Shown in pieces: positions 23,791 through 35,000 of a stretch of 64,000 nucleotides of DNA. A program made the translations under genes and the position numbers. The notes under the pieces were generated by a model. It did no database searches and was not told where the DNA came from. It worked only from the letters and a program-made list of their open reading frames with translations. Location of the stretch: NCBI GenBank assembly GCA_036630325.1, contig CP142728.1, positions 1,116,001 to 1,180,000 of the forward strand, in the 5' to 3' direction. Within the stretch, counting starts at the first letter, position 1. Every line of letters begins with the position of its first letter. The stretch is from Vairimorpha necatrix. Lineage: Eukaryota.

Positions 23791-26414
23791 TGTACGTAAT
23801 TATCTAGACAAGAGATATTTATATTGCTCATTACATCTAATAATTATAAAGGGTTGGTTATAATTTTTTATATATAACGTTGACGATTATAAATAAGATC
23901 TAATTTGCTTACAACGTGTTCATGATTTAACGTCGACATGGCAATTTTTATTATGTTTTGACTGTATATCAAAGTACAAGTGATGATAAAAAGTTATCAT
24001 ATATAGTGCGTTAAAAGGGACCAACGCCGTATACGTGTATGACAATCTTAAAACTTAGAAATAATTCCTAGATATAAGATATAGACCTAGTGAGAAATTT
24101 ATTCACGGACAAACTAAGAAATGGAAGTGATTATCGACATAATAGAGATGAAGTTAGTACATAAAAGAATCAGACTTTTTCAAATCTCAACATATAAACT
24201 GTAGCATAGCTTTGACCTAAGAAAATTATATTGTATAAGCTTTTCTAAAAAATAAGTTTTTTTCTATAATAACACCCAATAAACAATAACAAATGATTTA
24301 AATGTATAAAAATTTTAATGGTGTTTAATTCTTGGCGGTGATACATAATTTTTGTGCTTAACTTTGCTAAAAATAATTCATTTCAGAAAATAACTAGAGA
24401 TTAAAGTTATTTTTCTTATCATTTCTGTAATTACATAATAATTTAAAAGTTTATAAATTTGGACAATGTTTAACGGGGATTGAGGAGCTTAAAGATTAGT
24501 GGTTCATTGAATGAATTTGTAAATGAATACCCGCGGCCTTTGGCCCACATCGTTTGTAATATATAAATTTTATGTGTTGGACTTTTCCGAATGATGCAAT
24601 TCGTTCAAATAATTTAAAGCGCTTACTTAGCCTTTTAATGCAGTATAACCACATTTGAATATAATATTGACCTAATCTTGCTTTAATGCTACTATATATA
24701 TGTAAAAATGTACTAAACTATATATGGTCATATAAAACCTTCGCCGTTTGGCATTAAAATATATTTCGAGCTAACTTTAGCCAGGCTGTTGCAGAATACC
24801 ATAAGCACTATTTTGCAGATTCTGTAACAGTCTGGCTAAAAGCGCGCGAGACAGTTAGTCGCCGCAACCTATAATGCTGGGTCGTTGATTATATGTGCAA
24901 AATATACAGATGAAAGACATATCCTTCTATTTTTTGCAATGATGTAAATTTTTGACTAATTAATTCGATTATATGAAATATACTCAAGGTTTAGTCAGAA
25001 TGTAGCATATACGTAAATGTAAAATATTATCAAGCCAGTTTGTTAAAAGCGACTATTCTTACACTCTGCAAGTTTTATGAGTTATTTTTTCTATAAAATA
25101 ATCAAATAAATTTATTAATGAAGTTAATTTAGAAGTCGTGCAAAACCTTTTTAGATTTATAACTTTTACTTATAGTAAAGATTATGCAGTTCGAATGCTT
25201 TTGAAAACGTTTAAAATTAGTAGAGCATGTTATAAACATACCAATTTCCAAATTCTTTATGTTATTAAGATTTTAATTGTCAAGTTCAGAATTATTGTGT
25301 TGGCATTGGTCGCGATCTCTTGTCATTAGGGAAGATATCGATTTATTATAATCATTTATGTTTTTTTATGTGTTTTTTTTCGATTTAAAAAGCACCAACC
25401 ATAGGAAACTTTTTAGTTTGAATTTACTTTAAAATGTCAAATGAAAGCCTCTACATTTTTTTTCTTTGTATGTTGAATATAGAAAATCTTACATATTGAC
25501 AATGAAGATTAAAGTATGATCCTTATCCAAATGATGCTATAGGTTTATACCCATTACAACCTTCTTTATGTAACTTACCATTCAGCAAGCCACGCCATCT
25601 CCAATGGTACTTTGGCTTCAGAGCAAATATTATTAACCATACTATAAATTGCATCTAGAGCAATTAACGGCGGATTTACTTTACGGAAATGATTTTCTAT
25701 ACTCCGAGGAGGAAAATCAAAATACTTACACAGAAGGTCGCTACAATCATCTGAATTTTACACATTGCTCCTCACGCCGTCTTGTCATTAAACCTGCATT
25801 TTATTGCCTATCTTAACCATTTGTCTAAATACACTGTCAAGCACGTTGAAAGTATAAAATCTATGATCCATAGGATCTTTCGATTTTACTTCAAATAACT
25901 ATAAAAAGGCCTCTAATATAGCTTAGAACAAAGCCTACATAGTCCTTATATGAGATCCTATCTATTTAGATATATGGTCTATTTTTTAAAATCATATGAT
26001 CTTTTTAAATTATGTTAATTATAAATTACTTGGTGCCTGCAAGTTGATGGATAAAAACATTGAGAATAGTGATTTAATTTCCTATTTCTGTCGTAATATT
26101 TGGATAATAAATTTTTTAAAGCCTTCAGGTTCTTGACACCATGTCTCCAAATTATTCTACGAGAATTTCAATAGAATGTATTTCAAGTTCGTTATTTTTT
26201 CTTTGTATTACATTCTGATTCTTTGAATATGACTTCACAATAAATTTACTAATTATAGATTTCATATTGTAAATCGAAAAGTAACTACGTCGACGAATGA
26301 AAAAAAGTCTATCCAAAATTGTTCAGTCTATTTTTTTTATATGTTTACCATTAAATGCCTAAAAATGCAATTTTTATAAATTGTGATATATTTGTATAAT
26401 TTCTATCCCCCATT

Positions 26415-27320
26415 ATGATAATTAAAGACATGGGGGCGATACCGAATCGTCAGTTTACAAGTGTGGACTGTGGTCTAGAGGCCAAAAAGTTATTAAAAGA
26501 AGTTAGAAGAATAATGTATAGGTTGGAGATGGAGGAAATAGAAATCAGTTTGTGGAAGCAGAGAATATTTATGGAAGGAAGTGAAGAAATAAAAAATTTC
26601 ATGGTAGAAAGAATTAGTAAAGAGGACGAATATTATAAAATAATTGAGAAATTAGAGGAGGAAATATGTAGAGAAGAAAGAACTAAAAAAGAAGAAGAAA
26701 ATAGGAGAGAACTTATGGAGGTCATAGCTGAGAATGTTAGAGAAACTGTGAGAAAAGAAATTCAAGAGAAAGATTTAGTTTTAAGGAATACAGTACAAGA
26801 AATAAGAAATAATAGGAATTGTTTTAATTGTGGTAAATTTGGCCATATGGCTAGAAACTGCTATGTAGGAAGGAACAATAATCAGGAAAATAATAAAAAG
26901 TTTAATAAGTACTTAAATTTAGACGAAAACCAAAGTTGTAGTAGCAGTAATGATAATAAAGAATATAAACCAAGTGGAAAGGCAAAACGAGTTAAGTTAA
27001 AGGAATGTAATAATAGTGATAGAAGACATAAAGAAAGAATATATGCGAGCAATAAAGAGACGAAAAGAAGATTACTGAAGAGGGCATTTACGTTGGAAGA
27101 TCTCAAAGCGGAATATGAAGAAGTTTTTAAACAAGGAGATGAGGTTATAAGTTATTGTACATTAGAGAAGTGTAAGATAGATACTCCTGAGGGTAAGAAG
27201 ATAGTCAGAAAGGGACAGACGATCCCACAGGCTTTGATCAAACAGACTGAGGAATATATTAATGATTTAGAAAATAGAAAAATTATAGGAAGATCGTCTT
27301 CGGAATGGCGAACCCAATAA
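26415..27320 (+). CDS. Gag (CCHC zinc knuckle) running into the start of RT
   Basis: CX2CX4HX4C motif followed in frame by EYEEVF...GQTIPQAL, the RT N-terminus. Confidence 0.8.
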   Translation: MIIKDMGAIPNRQFTSVDCGLEAKKLLKEVRRIMYRLEMEEIEISLWKQRIFMEGSEEIKNFMVERISKEDEYYKIIEKLEEEICREERTKKEEENRRELMEVIAENVRETVRKEIQEKDLVLRNTVQEIRNNRNCFNCGKFGHMARNCYVGRNNNQENNKKFNKYLNLDENQSCSSSNDNKEYKPSGKAKRVKLKECNNSDRRHKERIYASNKETKRRLLKRAFTLEDLKAEYEEVFKQGDEVISYCTLEKCKIDTPEGKKIVRKGQTIPQALIKQTEEYINDLENRKIIGRSSSEWRTQ

Positions 27321-27775
27321 GAGCGATGCTTAAACCAAGTGGTGAAGTAAGAGTAGTTAGTAATTTTATAGGGTTGAATGATTTAGTCGAGAAAGACTCG
27401 TATGAGCTAACAAATATCAGGAAAATAATAAGAGCTACCCAAAAGTCGATAATATTTACTGTGGCTGATTGCAAAGAAGCATTTTGCCATTTTGAAATCG
27501 AAGAAAAAGATAAACATAATATGGCGTTTGAATTTAATAAAAAAGTTTACGAATGGAATAGTATGGTGATGGGATACAAAAATTCACCACAGATACTACA
27601 GCGAAAGATGAAAACGATTTTTGAGGATTGCACAGAAAAAGGCGTTGAGGTATACATGGACGATATAGTTATACATGCCAACAAATTACGTATACACGAT
27701 GAACTAGTAATAGAGGTTTTAGAAAGAATTCAGAGAAATAAAATATCAAAATACGGGTTAGACAAGCGGAAGTAA
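27305..27775 (+). CDS. Reverse transcriptase fragment
   Basis: MAFEF..VYEWNSMVMGYKNSP, VYMDDIVI. Confidence 0.85.
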   Translation: MANPIRAMLKPSGEVRVVSNFIGLNDLVEKDSYELTNIRKIIRATQKSIIFTVADCKEAFCHFEIEEKDKHNMAFEFNKKVYEWNSMVMGYKNSPQILQRKMKTIFEDCTEKGVEVYMDDIVIHANKLRIHDELVIEVLERIQRNKISKYGLDKRK

Positions 27776-28145
27776 AACTATTAGGTGTGACGCCGAATGG
27801 AACAGACATGAAGGCCGACGAAATAAAGAAAAATGGAGCCTTGGAGTATCCAGATCCATAAACTTTGACGGAATTGAGGAGATTTCTAGGATTGACTGGG
27901 TGGTTCAGACCATTATAAAAGATTATGACGGGTTGACGTTGAAAATGACAGATAGTTTGAAGAAAAATGGCAATTCATGGAAATTAACGGAAGAGATGAA
28001 AAAGGAATTTACTGGAATACAAAAATGTGTTAAGAAATATGGGAAGACTAAGATTGTCGGACTATAATAAGGAGTTCATACTAAGAACAGACGCTAGCAA
28101 TTTGAGATTGGATGCGGTGTTACTTCAGAAGAATGAGAATGGAGA

Positions 28146-29501
28146 ATGGTTGCTATACAATGGGTATCTAAAAAGCTAAGACCGACCGAAGTAAGCTATG
28201 GTATATCAGAAAAAGAAATGCTTGCAATATATTGGGGCATTGATAAATTTAAATACGAGTTAAGAGGTAGGAAATTCAAGATAGAAACGGATCACAAAGC
28301 ACTGGTGGAGATAAGAAATAAACCGTTTTTTAATAATAACAGAATAAATCGCTTAATCGAGAAGATACAGGAATATGATTTTATCGTTGAATATAAAAAA
28401 CCTGATGAGATGGTGATAGCAGATGCGTTGAGTCAAATAAATATGGAAGAGGATATTAAAGAAATTGAAAATAAAGAGCGAACAGAAGGCAAATGGAAAG
28501 CACATGTTTCTATCGAGAATGGAAAGCAATATTGGCAATTTGACTCAGGACGTAAAGTTGAAATACCACCTGAGAATATAAGGAGACAATTAATCCAAGA
28601 ATATCATGAAAAAGTAGGCCACAGATGCATGACAAGTGTTTATTATGCAATGAGAGAAGAATACTATTGGCCAGGAGTAAAGAAAGAAATAAACGAGGTT
28701 ATAAAACAGTGTCAGAAATGTCAGATATATAACAGGAAAAATATGGGTGGTTGTGAATTTGTAGATACGTCGAGATACTTAGAAAAGGTTGCATTAGATT
28801 TGATGGACTTTAGAAATGAGAAGAAATATGTTTTAGTTGCTATCGATTATTTTACACGTAGAGTATGGGGAGTAGTTATAAATAACAAGTCAAGTAATAA
28901 TGTTGTTGGATTTTTGAAAAGATTATGTGAGCAAGGGAAGAAACCAGAAGAAATTATTACAGATAACGGGAAAGAGTTTATTAACGTGGAATTTAGAAAA
29001 TTTTGTAGAGATCTCGATATAATACGCCGACAAGTAAGTATAGAAGCGCATAGAAGTAACGGAAGAGTAGAGCGTGTTATAGGAACTTTGAGAGAAAGTA
29101 TTTTAAAGTCGGATGCGAAAACTTTTAAAGGTAAAGTGTATAAAAGTATCGATATATATAATCAGAGCTATCATACGGGAATAAAATGTACACCATTAGA
29201 AGCGACTGAAGATAAAACTGGAGACGTAATGCTTGAAAATAGCCCTATAGGGAAATATTGTAATAGGTTTGGAAAGGGAAAGATCGAAAAATTTAGTAAA
29301 TGTCAATTGGTAAGAATAGCTAAACGAGAAAATTTGGCAGGCGTTAATAAGTATGAAAAAGGAAGATTTTTGGATACAGGAAAAATTGTTGAAAAGTGTG
29401 GAAAGGATTCTTATATTGTAAAACTTAGTAATGGTAGGCTTGTGAAGAAGAGACATTATGATCTGAAGGGTATGCTTGGGGTAGATGTGAAAATTAGATG
29501 A
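28146..29501 (+). CDS. RNase H C-terminal part plus integrase of the LTR element
   Basis: SEKEMLAI, ETDHKAL, H..GH...CQKCQ, IDYFTR, ITDNGKEF, SNGRVER. Confidence 0.9.
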   Translation: MVAIQWVSKKLRPTEVSYGISEKEMLAIYWGIDKFKYELRGRKFKIETDHKALVEIRNKPFFNNNRINRLIEKIQEYDFIVEYKKPDEMVIADALSQINMEEDIKEIENKERTEGKWKAHVSIENGKQYWQFDSGRKVEIPPENIRRQLIQEYHEKVGHRCMTSVYYAMREEYYWPGVKKEINEVIKQCQKCQIYNRKNMGGCEFVDTSRYLEKVALDLMDFRNEKKYVLVAIDYFTRRVWGVVINNKSSNNVVGFLKRLCEQGKKPEEIITDNGKEFINVEFRKFCRDLDIIRRQVSIEAHRSNGRVERVIGTLRESILKSDAKTFKGKVYKSIDIYNQSYHTGIKCTPLEATEDKTGDVMLENSPIGKYCNRFGKGKIEKFSKCQLVRIAKRENLAGVNKYEKGRFLDTGKIVEKCGKDSYIVKLSNGRLVKKRHYDLKGMLGVDVKIR

Positions 29502-29689
29502 GACTAACCGTCTTGAGGGGGGGATGTGATATATTTGTATAATTTCTATCCCCCATTATGATAAATAAGGACATAAATTGTATTTCTAAATTAATAATTT
29601 TTTCGTTTTTTTTACCCCACATTATAAATTGAATTATGTATGTTCAAGCTCATTTGATTTTACTTAACTATATAAATTTGATTTTTCAA

Positions 29690-29760
29690 GCGAGTATGGC
29701 GTAGCGGTAGCGTATCAGTCTCATAATCTGGTGGTGCGGGTTCGACTCCCGCTACTCGCA
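29690..29760 (+). tRNA. tRNA-Met (CAT), elongator type
   Basis: Acceptor GCGAGTA/TACTCGC, anticodon loop CTCATAA, T-loop GTTCGAC, U31-U39 pair. Confidence 0.93.
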
Positions 29761-29891
29761 ATATTTTTTCTAAAATTTTTCATAGAAGAGCACTTTGATA
29801 AAATCTAGTACATTTTTACATTATTCTTTTTACATTTTTTTTTACATTATTCTAGTCAAATTGAATAGTTTTAAATTTTTCTGCCCATATT

Positions 29892-30938
29892 ATGGAACAT
29901 TCAAATATCTTCACTAAATCAGTATACTCAGATCCCTTTTTCCATATCCAAATTGACAACTTTCTCTCTCCCGAAAATTTATCTATTTTACAATCTTTTT
30001 ACAATTCTTCCAAGTTTAATTTGCAATACACAGATTTATTTAAATTCCTCCAAACAGACGAATTAGCTGACAATTCTTCTCTTGACTTTTTCAAAAATGA
30101 ATTATCACAAATTTTCAAAGAATTTATTAATTATGATTTCTCTGATTTATATTATACGATTTTCGCTTCTTATTACAGAAAAGGCGATTTTTTATCATGT
30201 CACGATGATATGGTCGATGACAGACTTTACGCTTTTACATTTTATCTCGATGATTTTGACTCGGGAGATTTGGTCTTATTTGATAATAATTGTGAGAATG
30301 AATATAAAAGAATAGGAATTAAAAAGAATAGACTTGTTATTTTTGAAGTGTCTTCTTTATCATTTCACGAAGTAGAAATGTGTAAGGAATCTGGTAGGAA
30401 AGCCATCACTGGATGGATTAATAAATACAATAATAGATTTAATGTAAAAAGTGAGCCTGTTTTTTATTCCTTGCCTGATGTCGAGTTAGTTCCCTTTGAT
30501 TTAAGTTATATTGAAAATGACGTCATCGAGTACGAAGGCCTGGAATACAATTTCGAGTCTGTTGATACTAAGTTAGTCGGTAAATTTATACAAAGACGTG
30601 TTTCTAAGTTGTTTTTAGACACATACGTGGCTTTAGATATACCAGGGTGTACTCTGGTTTATATTGATGCTTTTTTAGTAGATATAAATTCGTATATTCT
30701 CCTGAATGATTTTACTAATCAGATAGAAGGAAGTTTACTTGATGTTTTCATAATTGAGAATCATGGACTAGACATGACAGGGAATATTAAGTTTGTAAAT
30801 GAAGAAGGTGTTCTTGTTTATACACTTGATATTAAAAAGAATGTTATGTATGTAATAAGACGAGGAAAGATGAGATATTTTATAGAGAGAGGATATTCAG
30901 TGAATTATAAAGTAGTACACATGATTTACAGACAATAA
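29892..30938 (+). CDS. 2OG-Fe(II) prolyl hydroxylase, Tpa1/OGFOD1-like
   Basis: TDLFKFLQT, FLSCHDD (HxD), SFHEVE, RKAITGW. Confidence 0.85.
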   Translation: MEHSNIFTKSVYSDPFFHIQIDNFLSPENLSILQSFYNSSKFNLQYTDLFKFLQTDELADNSSLDFFKNELSQIFKEFINYDFSDLYYTIFASYYRKGDFLSCHDDMVDDRLYAFTFYLDDFDSGDLVLFDNNCENEYKRIGIKKNRLVIFEVSSLSFHEVEMCKESGRKAITGWINKYNNRFNVKSEPVFYSLPDVELVPFDLSYIENDVIEYEGLEYNFESVDTKLVGKFIQRRVSKLFLDTYVALDIPGCTLVYIDAFLVDINSYILLNDFTNQIEGSLLDVFIIENHGLDMTGNIKFVNEEGVLVYTLDIKKNVMYVIRRGKMRYFIERGYSVNYKVVHMIYRQ

Positions 30939-31075
30939 ACCACATAATATAATAAATTATTTAATATACAAATATATTTTGAATATAATATTTTGAATAA
31001 ATTATTTAATATTTTAAGTAGCTAAATTAAAAATTAAATTAACTTTATTTTAATATAGGCTCAAGTTTGATTTTC

Positions 31076-31435
31076 TCAGTGATGTTTTGGTACATACCCG
31101 TCTACTGACATATTCCTTGTAAATTTAGGCAGTTCTATAATTTTATCTTTAAATTTTTCGTCTACTTTGATTTGACACCCTAGCCTGCTTGTGCTAGTCA
31201 GGCCATATGCCTGGTCTAGTAGATCGTATTCCTTGTCTGACGGAGTAGAGAGTTTTTTATATAAATCCTTGTCTAAGATGACATGACAAGTAGAACAAGC
31301 ACAGGATCCTTCACATGCACCTTCTAGGTCTATTTTATTATCATGTGCTACTTCTAAGATTGTCTTGCCTTTTAGAGCCTCTACAGGGAAAATTTGAGAC
31401 AAAGATTTAAAAAAGAACTTTACAGGATTATTCAT
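31076..31435 (-). CDS. YAH1: [2Fe-2S] ferredoxin (adrenodoxin/Yah1-type, mitosomal)
   Basis: GACEGSCACSTCHV...SRLGCQ motif; ATG at 31435. Confidence 0.92.
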   Translation of the reverse strand: MNNPVKFFFKSLSQIFPVEALKGKTILEVAHDNKIDLEGACEGSCACSTCHVILDKDLYKKLSTPSDKEYDLLDQAYGLTSTSRLGCQIKVDEKFKDKIIELPKFTRNMSVDGYVPKHH

Positions 31436-31564
31436 AAAAAAAATCAAGGGCAAAAAGAAGATTAAATATTAAATATGTAATAAATATAATATATTTGCAA
31501 CTAAATATAATACATTTGCAACTAAATATTAAATATTTATTTATTAATCCACCCTTATTTTCCC

Positions 31565-31978
31565 ATGAATGAAGAATCTGTAAAATTAGAAATGTTAAAT
31601 GCTGTCTTACAAGATAATAGAAATAATCAGAACAAGTTACCAGCCACCAATAAACTTGACAAACTTGATTTATTTATAAAACATCTTCTTAATAAAGATA
31701 GTCAAGAGAGACTTCTAAATGATAATATTCTAGAAGTGGTCAGGAAGTGGCTCGAGCCACTTCCTGACTTCTCCTTGCCTAATATTAAAATCAAGAAGGG
31801 TATATTAGAAGCCTTAAGGAATATTTACATAAATAAAGATTTAGTCCTTGACAGTAAAATTGGGGTGATTTTACATTTTTACATGATCAACCCTAAAGAA
31901 AATAAAGAGATCAGAAATATGGCCAAAGAAATTGTGTATAATTGGTTAAACAAAATAATGAAAGAAGATGAATATTAA
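31565..31978 (+). CDS. IWS1: Transcription elongation factor Iws1/Spn1 (minimal TFIIS-N domain)
   Basis: WLEPLPDFSLP and SKIGVILHFY motifs. Confidence 0.85.
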   Translation: MNEESVKLEMLNAVLQDNRNNQNKLPATNKLDKLDLFIKHLLNKDSQERLLNDNILEVVRKWLEPLPDFSLPNIKIKKGILEALRNIYINKDLVLDSKIGVILHFYMINPKENKEIRNMAKEIVYNWLNKIMKEDEY

Positions 31979-32038
31979 AATATAATATTTAAATAAAATA
32001 AAGATGTAAGTTAAGAATAAAATAAATATTTACATTTA

Positions 32039-35000
32039 TTAAACATTTATTAGAATTTTATTTCTCATTTCTTCTACATTGATCATTAGGAATTTTGATA
32101 CATTGTTCACTTTATAAACTCCCAAGACTGTCTTACTAATCTCAAACATATCATTCCTCAAACTTATAACCACAAACTGACTAGACTTAGACATCTCTTT
32201 AATATACTGGGAAATTATAGAAACATTCCTGAAATCTAAAGCAGCGTCAATCTCATCCATCACATAAAAAGGAGAAGGCTTGAACTTGTGAAGAGCGAAA
32301 ATCAAACTCAAACTGCTTAGGGTCTTCTCGCCCCCACTCAAATTACTCACACTTTTCCAACATTTCTTAGGAGGCATGACTGCCAATCTTATCCCATCAG
32401 AAAAAGGGTCTAAATAATCAATCAACTCTAACTCAGCATTCCCGCCATAAGTCAATTTCTTATAAATTTCTTTTAAGAAGAAATTTATCTTATTTAAACC
32501 AGACATAAATTCATCAAATCTAGTCTTCTTAATTTCATCTACTTGTTTCTTTTTAGTCTCATACTTCGACATCTGAAGATTAAACTCTGAGGCGACTTTG
32601 TCGTACGAAGACTTCGTCTTCTTAAACTCATCGAAGATGAGGAAATCAACTTCTTTATTATTTCTTTCTTCATTTAATCTTTTTAATTTCTTTTTTATTT
32701 TTCGTAAAAAATCTTCAATGTCTTCCATCTTTAAAGAATCAAATCTGCAATGATCATCTGAATTTTCAATCTTATTTGTTTCATTGGATTTATTTTCAAT
32801 CTTATTTGTTTCATTTGTCATATTATTTTCAATCTTATTTATTTCATTTGTCATATTATTTTCAATCTTATTTATTTCATTGGATTTTGTTTCTTCATTG
32901 GATTTATTAATTTCATTAGATTTTGTTTCTTCATTAGCATCAATTTCAACTTTATCTTCGAAATTGACATATTTTTCATCTTTATGTAAATATTTCGTAT
33001 GATGACATATTTCTTCTTTTATTATTCTTAATTGTTCTTTCTCTTCATTCATCTCTTTCTTTATCTTATTCATTTCTTCTTCTATATCTTCATACTGATT
33101 CTTTAAATCTATTTCTATATGATACTCATCTCCCATTTGTATCTTCAACTTATTTAAATTCTCTTGAATATTCTTAAAATCTTCATTAATTTCTTGAAAA
33201 CTCTTTTCTTCTACTATCATCTTATTTTTTAACTCACTAATATCTAAAATTCTAATTTCATTAAATTCATAAATTTTATCTTCTAACTCTTTTTCTTTAT
33301 TAGAAATTGATTCTATTTCTTCTGATAAAAAAATCTTAATTTCTTGATTTCTATTTTCTAAAAGTTCTATTTTTTCATTACAAATTTGTAAATTTCCTTG
33401 TAAACTTGTATCATAATTTTTATTAATTATCTTTTTAAAATTGGAAATTTCATTTTTTATATTTTGGATTTCTTCATCATAATTAAATTCTTTAAAATTA
33501 TCTGATAAATTTTTCAAATTAAAAATTAGATTTTTTAATTCTTCATTTTTATCTTTTAACTTAATTTTTAAAATCTTGATATTTTCATAATCTTCAATTT
33601 TCTTTAAATTTGATAATTTCGTGTTTTTTATATTTAACATTTTTTCTAAGGCTTTTTCTACATCTTTAAAATTCTTAATTTTTTCATGATATTTTCCTCC
33701 TGTCATTATACCACTTTTTTCTATAAGTTTACCATCTAAAGTTACAACACGCTTTCTTGATTTATTAAAAGCATAAGATTGTGCTTTATTTAAATCTTCT
33801 GCTAAAAGTGTGTCTGTTAAACTAAAATAAAAACATTTCTTATATTTTTTATCACATTTGACTAAATCAAACATGTAAGGTAAATCAAATTTCTCTAATT
33901 TGGGGATTTCTTGGATTTTCTCTAAAATTATAAATGTTGATCTTTGTAAATTTTCTTTTTTTATAATTTCTATACATTTTTCGGCGGTCTGGGTCGTGTC
34001 TACCACAATATTATTCAATCTTGAACATGAAATTTTAAGGGCTAAATTATATTTTTCATCTACTTCTCCTATGTCACTTAATCTTCCAATTACTCCTTTT
34101 ATATTTTTGAAATTATTTAAAAGTTCTTTTTCTTTTTTATTATTTTCTTCTCTTTGGTAAACTTCATTGTATCTCGTTTTTCTCTTTTGAATTTCTTGTT
34201 GAGTTTTTTGTATATCTTTTTCTAATTCTCTTAATTCTTCTTTTAATTTATCTTTACTTATATATTCTTTATCATAATTATTTTCATTAATAAAATTTTG
34301 TAATGTGGTTTCAATATTCTTAATGTCGTCTTTCAAAATCTTTTCTTCTTCTTTATATTTATTAATTTCTAATTTATATTTTAAATTTTTCTGATTTTCT
34401 TTAGATTTTGTTTGTATTAATTCTGTCAATTTGTCTTCTTGATTTTTTAATTTTTCAAAATCTTTAAAATATTTCTTATTAATTTTCTCATGTTCTTCAT
34501 TCTGTTTACTTTTTAATTCTTCTCTATTTTTTATTAATATTTTCAATTCATTTTCATTATCTTTTAATTCCTTATTAAATATTTCATTTTCTTTATTTTT
34601 CATTTCTATTTTGGCTTTTATGCTATTAAAATCATTTTTCAAATTTTTAATTTGTTTCTCCAATTTATTTTTTAAATCTTTTTGCATAATATTATTTCTT
34701 TCTTTAATTTTATATTCTCTTTTAAAATTTAAATAAATTTCTTCTTTATTTTTTAATAATTTCTCGATTTTTTTATGTTCATTTTCTAATGTTTTTAATA
34801 ATTCATTATTTTCAATATTTAAATCTTTTAATTTTTCTATTTGATTTTTTACTTCTTTTTCTTTTTCTTCTTGTTTATGCAAATTTCTTTTTAATTTTTC
34901 TAAATTTAAATTTTTTAATTCTTTTAAATATTCATTTGTTTTTAATTTATGAATTAAAATTTCTTCATTTTGTTTTTTTAATTCGTTTATGTGGTCAAAT

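Larger units (their letters stand above)
26382..29573 (+). mobile_element. Ty3/Gypsy LTR retrotransposon with 49-bp LTRs and frameshifted pol
   Basis: LTRs 26382-26430 and 29525-29573 (TG...CA); TSD taaat; PBS tgggggc; PPT gaggggggga; CFNCGKFGHMARNC knuckle, RT YMDD, RNase H TDAS, integrase HHCC and DDE motifs. Confidence 0.95.

Noticed and set aside
24460-24600. RNase P/MRP RNA (ggagctta and ggaaaagtcc motifs)
   Set aside because: The two motifs lie on opposite strands and cannot form P4.
26405-26442. Tf1-like self-priming (cccccat in LTR versus atggggg at PBS)
   Set aside because: Only 7 bp of complementarity; TGGGGGC is explained as well by a tRNA-Pro primer.
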